Assembly: GCA_934141145.1 (NCBI GenBank)
Contig: CAKPCA010000001.1
Location: 31,500-95,499 of the forward strand
DNA from: an uncultured Bacilli bacterium
GTDB lineage: Bacteria > Bacillota_I > Bacilli_A > RF39 > UBA660
DNA length: 64,000 bases
Direction: 5' to 3'
Shown: positions 28,014-38,894 of the stretch, piece by piece
Position numbering within the stretch: position 1 is the stretch's first letter
Layout of the letters: each line of letters starts with the position of its first letter
Position numbers and translations under genes: made by a program
The notes under the pieces: generated by a model
Databases searched by the model: none
What the model saw: the letters and a program-made list of their open reading frames with translations, nothing else
What the model was told of the DNA's origin: nothing

Positions 28014-28964
28014 TTAAAATAATACGATATTTTTACTATTTTTCTTTGATAAAACCTTGCTTACAGTACTATAAGTTCCTTCTTCCGTTAGTTCATTTGG
28101 TATATCAAACGCTTCATTATATTCATCTGATAATTCTTTATCTCTCTTTATTCCAAGATTTTTATAAATTAATTTTATTGTATTTTCACTAATTTCATCA
28201 GTATACTCTTCTATTTTTCTACTAAATTCATTGCCTGTAATATTTTTATCTAATAGCTTTATTCTTCTTAAAAAATTTGTTAATTCTTTACTGCTTCTAA
28301 TATAACTAGCACATGATAATACTGCCTCATATTTTTTAGGCATCATAGAGTATACCTCTGGATCTCTTATGACCTTAAGATAACTATTTACTCTATTTAT
28401 ATATCCCATATATAAACCTTCTTCTTCATTATAATAAGTATTATTTAAATCTTCTAACATAACGAAGAAACTATCATTTATTTTTGATATATTTTGATTA
28501 TAAATTTTATCATATGGTAAATCTTTCAAAGATTTAAACTGTTCTAAATAACCTTTTAGTATTTCTACTATAAAGTCATCTAATGAAACATATTCACCGC
28601 ATTCATAAAGTTTAGCTAAATCAATCATATTCTCTATAGGCATATTTATTATTGTAATTAAGCTTTCTAAAATATCAGTAAAATCTTCACTTGATGTTAC
28701 ATAATCATTACAAAATAGTTCATCTAATAAAGGAAGTATTTCTTGCTTTCTTTTATATGGTATAAGATAAGAAATATTATCAAATAATTGTAATGTCTTA
28801 TCAAATACTTCCTCGTCTATTACATCATTATGTTTTATACAAAATGAAATATATTCTTCTTCAACATCACTACTAAGATCTTTTAGTACCTTTAATTTTG
28901 CGGTTATCTTAATAGATAAATCATTTAATTTACTATATAAAAGTAATAAATTATCTTTTTTCAT
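28014..28964 (-). CDS. Hypothetical acidic protein (316 aa) in the slot normally occupied by ribF
   Basis: It lies between truB and rpsO but has no nucleotidyltransferase HxGH motif and no riboflavin kinase PTAN motif. Confidence 0.45.
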   Translation of the reverse strand: MKKDNLLLLYSKLNDLSIKITAKLKVLKDLSSDVEEEYISFCIKHNDVIDEEVFDKTLQLFDNISYLIPYKRKQEILPLLDELFCNDYVTSSEDFTDILESLITIINMPIENMIDLAKLYECGEYVSLDDFIVEILKGYLEQFKSLKDLPYDKIYNQNISKINDSFFVMLEDLNNTYYNEEEGLYMGYINRVNSYLKVIRDPEVYSMMPKKYEAVLSCASYIRSSKELTNFLRRIKLLDKNITGNEFSRKIEEYTDEISENTIKLIYKNLGIKRDKELSDEYNEAFDIPNELTEEGTYSTVSKVLSKKNSKNIVLF

Positions 28965-29008
28965 ACAAATCCCCCTAAATTTTTATATATTATATAAAAA
29001 AATATTGA

Positions 29009-29866
29009 TTATATCAATACTTTTTTAGGCTTAACTATCATTTTATCATTTGGATCTACTATGTATATGGCAATTAATTCATTATTATAGATATAACCAA
29101 ATTTATCATAAGTGTATCTATTTTGAAGTTTACAACCATTTTTTATTTTATTATATAAATATTCATCTACTTCTACTAAAGGCATATCTAATGCATCTTT
29201 TATACTTATTAAATTAGTTGTATCATTTACATATTGTAACTTAATAGCATCTTGTATTTTAAATTTACCTTGGCTTGTCCTAATTAAATCTGACATAGTT
29301 CCTACTACACCTAGTTTATTACAAATATCTCTAATTAAACTTCTTATATAAGTTCCTTTTGATACATGACACCTAAATTTAAATTTATTAGACTGTATTT
29401 CAAGTAACTTAATATCATATATTTCTACCATTTTAACTGGAAGAGTTATATCCTCATTATTTCTAGCATATTCATATAACTTTTTACCATTTACTTTAAT
29501 AGCACTATATTTAGGTACTACCATCTCATAAGTACCTATAAAAGAATTTAATACTTCATTTAACTTTTCTTTATTTATTTCAGGTACATTCATAGTCTTT
29601 AATACATTACCAGTTATATCAAGAGTATCTGTTTCTATCCCAAGTGTTACTTCTGCAATATATTCTTTATCATAAGCTGTGATTTCATCTACTATTTTTA
29701 AACCTTTATTTATTGCGACTACAAGTACTCCTTTTGCCATTGGATCTAGTGTCCCTGTATGACCAATTTTTTTAGTATTTAATTTTTTAGTCAATATATT
29801 TACTACATCTCTACTAGTCATATTTTCTTCTTTATCTATAATTAAAATTCCATCCATTTTAATCAC
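29009..29866 (-). CDS. truB: tRNA pseudouridine(55) synthase TruB
   Basis: GHTGTLDPMAKGVLVV catalytic-Asp motif. Confidence 0.9.
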   Translation of the reverse strand: MIKMDGILIIDKEENMTSRDVVNILTKKLNTKKIGHTGTLDPMAKGVLVVAINKGLKIVDEITAYDKEYIAEVTLGIETDTLDITGNVLKTMNVPEINKEKLNEVLNSFIGTYEMVVPKYSAIKVNGKKLYEYARNNEDITLPVKMVEIYDIKLLEIQSNKFKFRCHVSKGTYIRSLIRDICNKLGVVGTMSDLIRTSQGKFKIQDAIKLQYVNDTTNLISIKDALDMPLVEVDEYLYNKIKNGCKLQNRYTYDKFGYIYNNELIAIYIVDPNDKMIVKPKKVLI

Positions 29867-29916
29867 CCAAAATAATTATAACATAAAAAAAGACTTGCAT
29901 GTTTGCAAATCAATTT

Positions 29917-30549
29917 TTATTTAGCTTGTACTTGACTCATATAATTTCTTACTTTAGTAGCCCATGCAGTTGACTCTGCATATTTTCTATTCATTGCTTC
30001 TGGAGTTGTTAATCCATATGCATAATAGTTATTAGCAATATTATCTATAAATCCTCTAATACCATCATCTAATGTTGGATATGATCTATAACCATTACTA
30101 CAATTAGGGCTTCCTTTTTGTCCACCTACATTGTTACATGTTCTAACAAGATTACTACAAGTCCATTTACAACCTGTTTCTAAAAGCATTATACTAACTG
30201 CTAGATAAGGATCTACGCCTTTTTCTATAGAATAACTAGCAAATAACTCACCTTTACCAGACATAGTAGAATTAAGTGATCTATTTAATTTTTCAGATAA
30301 TTCATCCATAGTCATTCCATCATAAACAATTACTCTTTGATGAACATTATCATTTTTATTATATTCATCTATAGTATCAAGTACTCTTTTATCTTCTTCT
30401 TTTTCTTCTATACCATAAGCTTGTGATAATAATTTATTCATATTATCAACATTTATATTTGATAGAAAACTTGAAAAGGCCGCTAAACTAACAATTGAAC
30501 AAACAAATGCTACTATAACCTTTTCATTTATAAAATGATATTTTTTCAC
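29917..30549 (-). CDS. Membrane-anchored glucosaminidase-domain (FlgJ/mannosyl-glycoprotein endo-beta-N-acetylglucosaminidase-like) protein
   Basis: N-terminal TM helix, then LLETGCKW ... VGGQKG ... YPTLDDGIRGFIDNIANNY, which resembles glucosaminidase family PF01832. Confidence 0.45.
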   Translation of the reverse strand: MKKYHFINEKVIVAFVCSIVSLAAFSSFLSNINVDNMNKLLSQAYGIEEKEEDKRVLDTIDEYNKNDNVHQRVIVYDGMTMDELSEKLNRSLNSTMSGKGELFASYSIEKGVDPYLAVSIMLLETGCKWTCSNLVRTCNNVGGQKGSPNCSNGYRSYPTLDDGIRGFIDNIANNYYAYGLTTPEAMNRKYAESTAWATKVRNYMSQVQAK

Positions 30550-30714
30550 TCTTTTTCACCTCATTCGTTTTAAGTGAAAGCATGCTAATGATACCATAAT
30601 TTTAAATATAAGTCAAATTCTAACATATCTGTTGATTTAAGGTAAAATAACATGAAATATTAATACCAAAAAGATTCAACCAAATTTATATTCAATAACA
30701 TACATAACTATTTA

Positions 30715-31266
30715 TTATATTTCGCATAAAATTTTTGTTTTATTTATTTTCCTAATAATACCACTTTCTTCTAGTGAAAAATCATAAACAGGTATATCTA
30801 TATTATATTTTTTTAATATTAATAATTTATTTTTCAAATTTACTAGATCATCTTTATCCTTTAACTCTGATAATCTTATTCCTTTAATATAACTAGGAGC
30901 TATCTTCAAAAAAACCTGAAATTCATCATCATATACACTAGAACGTACTGGTACAATAGTATCTGCAAACAAATTCGCTATTCCATTTTTATGAGTTTTT
31001 ATTGCTCTAATGTTTGGAGATAAAATAAACATATCATACTTATCATCACCATATAATTTATACGCTGACTTTATAAAATCAGTTTTTTTGCAAATTGATA
31101 CATAAAAAGCACCATTATAACCACCATTATTTTTTTTAAATTGTAAAAATGTACACTTTATTCCATCTTTAAGTATAGGTATCATACTATTTTTTTCAAA
31201 TGCATGATAATAATAGTTTTCATCCAATTTATATTCTCCAGTTATATATTTATCAATATTAATCAT
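30715..31266 (-). CDS. Hypothetical protein (183 aa)
   Basis: ORF with a plausible RBS; no recognisable domain. Confidence 0.4.
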   Translation of the reverse strand: MINIDKYITGEYKLDENYYYHAFEKNSMIPILKDGIKCTFLQFKKNNGGYNGAFYVSICKKTDFIKSAYKLYGDDKYDMFILSPNIRAIKTHKNGIANLFADTIVPVRSSVYDDEFQVFLKIAPSYIKGIRLSELKDKDDLVNLKNKLLILKKYNIDIPVYDFSLEESGIIRKINKTKILCEI

Positions 31267-31371
31267 AAGTTTTTCTCCTAAAATTTTGCTAAATATTATA
31301 TATTAAAAATAATTATATTTCAATTTTTTGGTTATAAATTATTTCTTACTATTTTAAAACATTACAAATGA

Positions 31372-32604
31372 CTACTTTTTTAATTCTTTACATAGATTTT
31401 CCTCATTAGAAAATTCTTTAACTATAGAAATTAATATTTCACTTGCCTGTTCCATATCTTCTATACAAATATACTCATAAATACTATGAAAATTATGTCC
31501 ACCGGTTCCTAGATTAGGACATGGAATACCTCTATAACTTATATTTGTTCCATCAGTTCCTCCTCTAATTGGTGTAACAAGTGGAGTTACACCTGCTTTT
31601 ATAATTGCACTTTTTGTATTACTAATTAATGAACTTTCTTTTTCCATTACGTTATACATATTGTAATACGTATCCTTAATGCTTATTTTAATACAATTAT
31701 CGTATTTTTTATTCAACTCTTCAACTATATTTAATAGTAACTCTTTTCTTTTTTCAAAATTATCTTTATCAAAATCTCTTATTAAATATTCAACATGTGC
31801 TTTAGAAATATTACCACTAATATTTTTTAAATGAAAGAAACCATCATAATTTTCTGTGTTTTCCGGTATTTCATTTGGCAATAATGAATTTATAATAGTT
31901 GCTATACGGACTGCATTTCTCATTATACCTTTAGCACTTCCAAGATGTGTTGATACACCATCTATTTCAATTACTGCAGAAGCTGCGTTAAAATTTTCAT
32001 AAGAAAGTTCACCTACACTACTACCGTCTACTGTATATGCAAAGTCTGGGTCAAATAAATTTTTATCAAAATGTAATGTTCCTAAACCAATTTCTTCATC
32101 GGGAGTAAAACATATATAAATATCACCATGCTTTTCATCTGATTTTGAGTAATATTCTAACATACACATTATTTCAGCAATTCCAGCTTTATCATCTGCT
32201 CCCAATAAAGTTGTTCCATCTGTAGTAATTAATGTTTTGCCTATATGAGATTTTAAATCAGGATATAAACTAGTAGATAATACCACATTATTATTTAAAC
32301 AAACATCATTACCATTATAATCCTTGATTATTTTTGCTTTTATATTTTTTCCACATGCATTTTCAGATGTATCTAAGTGTGAAATAAAACCTATTTTAGG
32401 ATAATTTTTATCTCCATATAAAATTGAATACACATAGCACTTTTCATCGTCAAAATATATTTTATTCATATTTAAAGACTTTAGCTCTTCAATCAATTGC
32501 TTAGCAAATTTTAATTGAGATTTAGTACTAGGTGTATCACTTTTTTTTGAATCTGACGTAGTATCAATTAATATATATCTTAAAAATCTTTCAGTAACTG
32601 TCAT
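31372..32604 (-). CDS. pepT: Peptidase T (tripeptide aminopeptidase, M20B)
   Basis: ~410 aa M20 peptidase with the GFISHLDTS motif and a typical PepT N-terminus. Confidence 0.85.
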   Translation of the reverse strand: MTVTERFLRYILIDTTSDSKKSDTPSTKSQLKFAKQLIEELKSLNMNKIYFDDEKCYVYSILYGDKNYPKIGFISHLDTSENACGKNIKAKIIKDYNGNDVCLNNNVVLSTSLYPDLKSHIGKTLITTDGTTLLGADDKAGIAEIMCMLEYYSKSDEKHGDIYICFTPDEEIGLGTLHFDKNLFDPDFAYTVDGSSVGELSYENFNAASAVIEIDGVSTHLGSAKGIMRNAVRIATIINSLLPNEIPENTENYDGFFHLKNISGNISKAHVEYLIRDFDKDNFEKRKELLLNIVEELNKKYDNCIKISIKDTYYNMYNVMEKESSLISNTKSAIIKAGVTPLVTPIRGGTDGTNISYRGIPCPNLGTGGHNFHSIYEYICIEDMEQASEILISIVKEFSNEENLCKELKK

Positions 32605-32730
32605 ATATATTTCTCCAATCCATGTAAGTACTATTATATATTATTTTCTTATTTTTTAAAACGCATTTTATTAACTTTTTTAAGGGTATGAAAATCACTA
32701 GTATATAAAAAAATAGAATTTTTTCAAATT

Positions 32731-34311
32731 CTACTTTTTGCTTTTCTTATTAGTTGTTTTCTTTTTTGTTGTTGGTTTCTTTACTTGTGTTGCTTCTTTT
32801 TTTACTTCTTCTATTTTTGTTTCTACCTTTATTTCTTCTTTTTTTGGTTCTACTACTACAGTCTTAGAAGAAAATTTTAATACTAAACTTACTATTAGTA
32901 GTGCATATCCTATAATTGATATTATTATAAGAAATATAATTGATGGTATACCAATAAAGTTAATAGACGCAACAAATAATATTATAAATATGAATGCTAA
33001 TAGTACAATTACATATTTAAATATGAATTTAAACCAATCTTTATATCTTACATTTGTATATCTTAATCCCATTAATAATAATATACTTGTAGGCATTATT
33101 AATAAGAATAATGAATATATTGCTTGGAATATTAATGCTAATACTACATTAAATTCAGTACTACTTGCAACTGCAGTTATTGTAGATAATGTAAATTGAC
33201 TAGCATATGTATAATCTGGATAAACAAATGATGCTAACATTGAAATTATTGTACTTGAGAATAATTTATCACTCATTTTTGCTAAGCCTGTTAATATTGT
33301 ATAAAAGAATCCTGAGTTATATACATTTACAAGTACTATATTTGCTATAACTATTATTAATGCATAAGGTAAACTTTTTTTAATTCCTTCTGCTACTGAT
33401 TGTAATAATTCATCAAATTTAACTCTGTAAACAATTGCAGATATTAAACTTAATATTAATAATAATACTGATAAATCAAATACCGTCCATGAACCTAATG
33501 CAGCAACTGATGCACCAATTAATGAAATAAATGGTGATACATTAAATATTTTAAAGTTTGCTATATTTGAATGTAACTCAGTAAATCCATTAAATCCAAA
33601 ATAAGAACTCCAAGAAGTCATTCCTAAAAGAATAAGGACTAATATAATATCAAACGAAATTGATATAAAGCTTACACTTTTTTTACCTACTTTTTCTAAT
33701 TTAGTATCTTCTGGTGTTTTTCCAAACACTACAGTAAATACTATTAAAGATACAATTGTTATTAATAATATTATTATTTTAAATAATATATTATCACCAA
33801 CTACAGATCCTAAAATTTGATTTGCATAGTTTGTATATAATGATGCTGAACTACCTAGAATTATAGAACCAATAGTTGTTAAAATTGATATTTTGCTATC
33901 ATACCCTAATTTTTTTGAAATATCTATAAATGCTGGTACAAATATAAGCATAGGCATTACATCACCTGTAATTGCTGTAACTATTGCAAATGTACAGATA
34001 CTTATTATATTAAATACAACTTTTTTATTTCTAAACATATATGCTGTATTTGTTATTGTTTCATCATATTTTTTTGTCTTTTTTAATACAAAATAGAATA
34101 TTCCAATGCATAATATGTAAACAAATGCATTAAGAAATACACCTAGTGATGTAAGTCCATTTGCAAATGAATCTATTATACTTATTGGATTTATACTTCC
34201 TTTTGATAAATTTCCATAATTATCAAATGAAGTTTGTGGTATTAAGAAACTTAATACTACTGTTACTAATATTGATATAGTTAATATTTTAAAAACATTA
34301 TACTTTTTCAT
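32731..34311 (-). CDS. YfcC/DcuC-superfamily polytopic permease with a Lys/Thr-rich C-terminal tail
   Basis: About 12 TM helices; the C-terminal tail VKKPTTKKKTTNKKSKK; adjacent to pepT, as YfcC-family transporters frequently are. Confidence 0.45.
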   Translation of the reverse strand: MKKYNVFKILTISILVTVVLSFLIPQTSFDNYGNLSKGSINPISIIDSFANGLTSLGVFLNAFVYILCIGIFYFVLKKTKKYDETITNTAYMFRNKKVVFNIISICTFAIVTAITGDVMPMLIFVPAFIDISKKLGYDSKISILTTIGSIILGSSASLYTNYANQILGSVVGDNILFKIIILLITIVSLIVFTVVFGKTPEDTKLEKVGKKSVSFISISFDIILVLILLGMTSWSSYFGFNGFTELHSNIANFKIFNVSPFISLIGASVAALGSWTVFDLSVLLLILSLISAIVYRVKFDELLQSVAEGIKKSLPYALIIVIANIVLVNVYNSGFFYTILTGLAKMSDKLFSSTIISMLASFVYPDYTYASQFTLSTITAVASSTEFNVVLALIFQAIYSLFLLIMPTSILLLMGLRYTNVRYKDWFKFIFKYVIVLLAFIFIILFVASINFIGIPSIIFLIIISIIGYALLIVSLVLKFSSKTVVVEPKKEEIKVETKIEEVKKEATQVKKPTTKKKTTNKKSKK

Positions 34312-34319
34312 TTTTCCTC

Positions 34320-35801
34320 CTAATTTTCTTCACCACTTTGTGGTCTCATAAGTGGGTACATAACAACATCTCTTATATTATCGCTATTTGTAAGGAGTTG
34401 AATTAATCTATCAATTCCCATTCCCCAACCAGATATAGGTGGCATGCCATATTCCATAGCAGATATATAGTCATAATCCATTTCCATAGCTTCTTCGTCT
34501 CCGCCAGCTTTTATTTTAGCTTGTTCCTCAAGTCTATGCTCTTGTTCAACTGGATCTACAAGTTCTGAATAACCATTTATTATTTCAGCACCATTTATTA
34601 CAAGTTGGAATCTATCTGTTATTTCTTTATTATCGTCATTTGCTCTTGCAAGTGGAGATAAACTCATTGGATGTTCAGTTAAATAAACTGGCCCAAGCAT
34701 ATGTGGTCTTGCTACTTTTTTGTATAGATAATCTACTAAATTACCATAACCTAAATTTTCAATTGGTGTTTCACTATCAAGTTCAATCTTATCTTCTTTT
34801 ATCTTTGCTAATAATTTTTCTTTTGTATTGTATTCTTTAATATCAATATTTGCATATTTCATAATTATATCTCTAAATGAAACAACATCCCATTCTCCAG
34901 ATAAATCTACTACTTTATCTCCTACTTGAATATTAAGAGTACCAAATACATTCATAATTATAGTTTGAAGCATTTCTCTTATAAATTTCATATTATCTTT
35001 ATAATTAAAATATGCTTGATAAGCTTCAATCATAGTGAAATCTTGTAAGTGAGTTGCATCTATTCCTTCATTTCTAAAGCATCTTGCAATTTCATATACT
35101 TTTGGTATACCTGCAATTACTGATCTTTTCATGTATGTTTCAGGTGCAATTCTTAAATATACATCCATATCTAAGGCATTATGATGTGATTTAAATGGTT
35201 TTGCAACTGCACCACTTGCTTTATTATTTAAAATAGGTGTTTCTACTTCATAATATCCTTTACTATCTAAGAATCTTCTAAGTTCTCTAATAAAGTTCAT
35301 TCTTATTAAGAATCTTTTTCTAGTATCTTCGTTCATTATCATATCAACATATCTATTTCTATAACAAAGTTCTACGTCAGTAAGTCCATGAAATTTTTCT
35401 GGTAATGGTTTTAATGCTTTACCTAAGAATTCAAAACTTGATGCTCTTAAAGTTTTTTCTCCAGTATGAGTTGTAAATATCTCACCAGTCGCTCCTATAA
35501 AATCACCTACATCAATATTTGATTTAAAGAAAGCATAATTTTCTTCTCCTACTAAATCAACTTTTATTGATATTTGAAGATCTGCTTCGATATCTCTTAT
35601 TTTTAAGAAACTCATTTTACCCATTTTTCTCATAAACACGATTCTACCTGCAACACTAACATTATTAGTTTCATCAGGTAAAAGTGATGCTTCTTTAAGT
35701 GAATGAGTTATTTCATATCTTTCTGGATATGGATTACATACTTTTGAAATTTCTTTTAATTTTTCTCTTCTTACTATTTCTTGTTCTGTTAATTCTCTCA
35801 T
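34320..35801 (-). CDS. lysS: Lysine--tRNA ligase (class II)
   Basis: Class II aaRS motifs and an anticodon-binding OB N-terminus; ~490 aa. Confidence 0.95.
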   Translation of the reverse strand: MRELTEQEIVRREKLKEISKVCNPYPERYEITHSLKEASLLPDETNNVSVAGRIVFMRKMGKMSFLKIRDIEADLQISIKVDLVGEENYAFFKSNIDVGDFIGATGEIFTTHTGEKTLRASSFEFLGKALKPLPEKFHGLTDVELCYRNRYVDMIMNEDTRKRFLIRMNFIRELRRFLDSKGYYEVETPILNNKASGAVAKPFKSHHNALDMDVYLRIAPETYMKRSVIAGIPKVYEIARCFRNEGIDATHLQDFTMIEAYQAYFNYKDNMKFIREMLQTIIMNVFGTLNIQVGDKVVDLSGEWDVVSFRDIIMKYANIDIKEYNTKEKLLAKIKEDKIELDSETPIENLGYGNLVDYLYKKVARPHMLGPVYLTEHPMSLSPLARANDDNKEITDRFQLVINGAEIINGYSELVDPVEQEHRLEEQAKIKAGGDEEAMEMDYDYISAMEYGMPPISGWGMGIDRLIQLLTNSDNIRDVVMYPLMRPQSGEEN

Positions 35802-35878
35802 TTCTTCACCTCGAATCCATTTTAATTATATCATAAAAGAATATTAAAACGAATAGTTTTATTGCTATTTTTTGCCAT

Positions 35879-36853
35879 TTAATCGCATTTTTTCTTATAT
35901 TCTTCTAATATACTTATAAGTTCTTCTTTATTTTGACACTTAAATATTTTATTTTTTAATTCTGCGGAATCTTTTAAACCTCTAACATACCATGCGGCAT
36001 GTGTTCTCATTTCTAAAACAGATGTTTTCTCACTTTTTATTTCAAGTAAATAATTAAAATGTTTTAAGCATAATTCTATTTTTTCTTTTGGTGATAAATC
36101 ATCTAATTTTTCACCTGTTTGTAAATAATGTACTATTTGTTTAAATATGTATGGATTACCCAAAGATGCTCTACCTATCATTACGGCATCACAATTAGTT
36201 TCTTTAAACATTCTAATTGCATCATCTACTGATTTTATGTCACCATTTCCTATTACAGGTATATTAACATTATCTTTTACTTCTTTTATAATACTCCAGT
36301 CTGCTTTTCCTTCATAACCTTGTGCTCTAGTTCTAGGATGAACTGTAATTGCACTTGCTCCTGCTTCTTCTATTATTTTTGCGACTGAAACAGCATTAAT
36401 ACTTTTACTATCCCAGCCACTTCTTATTTTTACAGTTACAGGACATGGAACAGCATTTACAACAGCACTTACTATTTCTTTTATTTTTTCTGGATTTTTT
36501 AAAAGTGCAGAACCTGCTTGTGCTCTTAATGCTACTTTAGGTACAGGGCATCCCATATTAATATCAATAATATCAGGTTTCATTAATTCATATACTTTTT
36601 TAGCAGCAATTACAAAACTTTCTTTATCACTACCAAATATTTGCTGTGCTATTGGTCTTTCATATTCAGTCATATAAAGCATATTTTTAGTTTTCTCACT
36701 ATCATACATTATTGCCTTATCACTTACCATTTCAGCAAATACTAATCCTGCGCCCATTTCTTTTACAATTCTTCTAAATGCACTATTACACACACCTGCC
36801 ATTGGAGCTAAACATACATTATTTTCTATTACTAAATCTCTAATTTTAAACAT
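35879..36853 (-). CDS. dusB: tRNA-dihydrouridine synthase B
   Basis: A TIM-barrel Dus motif (DINMGCP) with the FMN-binding pattern. Confidence 0.9.
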   Translation of the reverse strand: MFKIRDLVIENNVCLAPMAGVCNSAFRRIVKEMGAGLVFAEMVSDKAIMYDSEKTKNMLYMTEYERPIAQQIFGSDKESFVIAAKKVYELMKPDIIDINMGCPVPKVALRAQAGSALLKNPEKIKEIVSAVVNAVPCPVTVKIRSGWDSKSINAVSVAKIIEEAGASAITVHPRTRAQGYEGKADWSIIKEVKDNVNIPVIGNGDIKSVDDAIRMFKETNCDAVMIGRASLGNPYIFKQIVHYLQTGEKLDDLSPKEKIELCLKHFNYLLEIKSEKTSVLEMRTHAAWYVRGLKDSAELKNKIFKCQNKEELISILEEYKKKCD

Positions 36854-36919
36854 AAAATCACCACTCTAGGTAATATAATATCACAATAAAATATAAATAA
36901 AAAGAATTCTAGATAATTA

Positions 36920-38200
36920 TTATTTAGAATTCTTATTTATTATAAATTCAACACCTTCTTTTGTATTTTTTGCAACTACTTTATAACCAATTATATCAAC
37001 ATTTGCTTTTACAATTGATAATCCAAGTCCATTTTCACCTTTTGAACCTTTATTATATGGTTTAAACATATCTTTTAATATATCTTTTTCTATTTTTTCA
37101 CCATCATTATAAAATACAACTTTATTTTCTTTTATTGTAATAACAATTTTTGTTTTAGCATATCTTATAAAATTACTTAAAATATTATTTATTATAGATT
37201 CCCAAATATCTTCTGTACCATTATATTCTATATTTTCATCATCACATTTTATTTCGTATATTAAATTTTTATTTATTATTTTATATTTATCAACAGTAGT
37301 ATTGATAATAGTTTGAATTTTTATTTTTTTATCGTTTTTATAGGAGTTTTGTAAATATGTAATTTTATTTAATTCTAATAAGGTTTTTACTTTTTTTTCT
37401 AATTTTTCTATTTGAGTTTCACTTACAGTTAGTACTGTATCAATATCTTCTATACCATCTTTATAAGCTTCAATATATGATTTTACAACCATAATTGGAG
37501 TCTTAAAATCATGTGATATATTTTGGTACATTTCACTTTTATATTTTTCTTCTGATAATATAATATCTTTCATTTTATCAATTGTATCATCTAATAATTT
37601 TAATTCATCATCTAGTTCATATTTATTTTCTGCGACAGAAAAGTTTTCATCTGTAATATTATCTACTTTTAGTTTTAGTCTTTCTAGTTTTTTTACAACT
37701 ATTCTAGACCATAAAAGTAATAAGATTAATATTATTAAGAATGTTGTAATTACTATGGGTAATACTATCATAAGAGTATTTACACGCAAAACTTTAATGT
37801 AGGAATCAGAAGTTATTGCAATAGTTTTTGTTTCAGTTCCTCTTACTTTTAGATAATAGTAATATTTTTTACCTTTATATATGAACTTACCTTGACCTTT
37901 ATCAATATATTTTAATATTTTAGTATAATCTTCAATATCCAATATATTTCTGTAATTGCTTGTTATATATGCAGCACTACCATCAAACTGTATATATACT
38001 ATATCTCTAAATTTTCTATTTTTATTGCTTGTCCCTTCAAATACTTGAAGAGGTTGCTCTAAATAATTATAAACTGTTTCTTCAAAAAATGGTTCTAGTG
38101 ATTTAGGTAATACTATGATTAAAGAAATAATCATTATCATAAAAGATAATATTGTTATAATAACGAGTTGTTTTGATAAATTTATTTTAAGATTTTTCAT
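36920..38200 (-). CDS. Sensor histidine kinase (two TM helices, extracellular loop, HisKA + HATPase)
   Basis: H-box ISHDFKTPI, and a G-box GLGLSIVK. Confidence 0.85.
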   Translation of the reverse strand: MKNLKINLSKQLVIITILSFMIMIISLIIVLPKSLEPFFEETVYNYLEQPLQVFEGTSNKNRKFRDIVYIQFDGSAAYITSNYRNILDIEDYTKILKYIDKGQGKFIYKGKKYYYYLKVRGTETKTIAITSDSYIKVLRVNTLMIVLPIVITTFLIILILLLLWSRIVVKKLERLKLKVDNITDENFSVAENKYELDDELKLLDDTIDKMKDIILSEEKYKSEMYQNISHDFKTPIMVVKSYIEAYKDGIEDIDTVLTVSETQIEKLEKKVKTLLELNKITYLQNSYKNDKKIKIQTIINTTVDKYKIINKNLIYEIKCDDENIEYNGTEDIWESIINNILSNFIRYAKTKIVITIKENKVVFYNDGEKIEKDILKDMFKPYNKGSKGENGLGLSIVKANVDIIGYKVVAKNTKEGVEFIINKNSK

Positions 38201-38871
38201 ACTAATCTATATCCATATCCATAAATAGTATTTATGTCTAAATATTTTAATTTTTTTCTAAGTCTTCTTATTGAATCATCTACAACTCTATCATTTCCAA
38301 AATAATCTTTTCCCCATATGTTATCTAATATAGTTTCTCTATCTAATGACTTTCCTTTGTTATTTATAAAGAATAATAATATATCAAACTCTAGGGTAGT
38401 AAGCTCAATATCTTTATCTTTATATGAAACAGTTCTTTTTTCGGTATTAATTTCATAATCATTATATTTTATTTTATGAAAATCTTTACTATAAGTTCTT
38501 TTTAATATATTTTTGACTCTTAACACTAGTTCTTTTGGTGTATATGGTTTTGCTATATAATCATCAGATCCAAGTTCTAATCCCATTATTTTATCAATAG
38601 ACTCATCTCTCGCTGAACTAAATATAACAGGAACTTCTTCATCTTTTTGTCTTATCTTTTTAATAATATCATAACCAGTAACATCGTCTTCTAGCATTAT
38701 GTCAAGTATCCATAAATGGACACTATTTTCTTCATTTATAAAGTTTAGAGCGTCATTTCCTTTAGTGAATGTTACTACATCAAATCCTTCCTTCTTTAAA
38801 TAACTTGATAATAAGTTATTTAAAGATAATTCATCTTCCACTAAACAAATTTTATACATACGCATCACCAC
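38197..38871 (-). CDS. OmpR-family response regulator
   Basis: Receiver domain (LVEDE ... D) and a winged-helix C-terminus ending GYGYRLV; 4-nt overlap with the kinase gene. Confidence 0.9.
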   Translation of the reverse strand: MVMRMYKICLVEDELSLNNLLSSYLKKEGFDVVTFTKGNDALNFINEENSVHLWILDIMLEDDVTGYDIIKKIRQKDEEVPVIFSSARDESIDKIMGLELGSDDYIAKPYTPKELVLRVKNILKRTYSKDFHKIKYNDYEINTEKRTVSYKDKDIELTTLEFDILLFFINNKGKSLDRETILDNIWGKDYFGNDRVVDDSIRRLRKKLKYLDINTIYGYGYRLV

Positions 38872-38894
38872 TTATATTATATCACAAATTTTAA

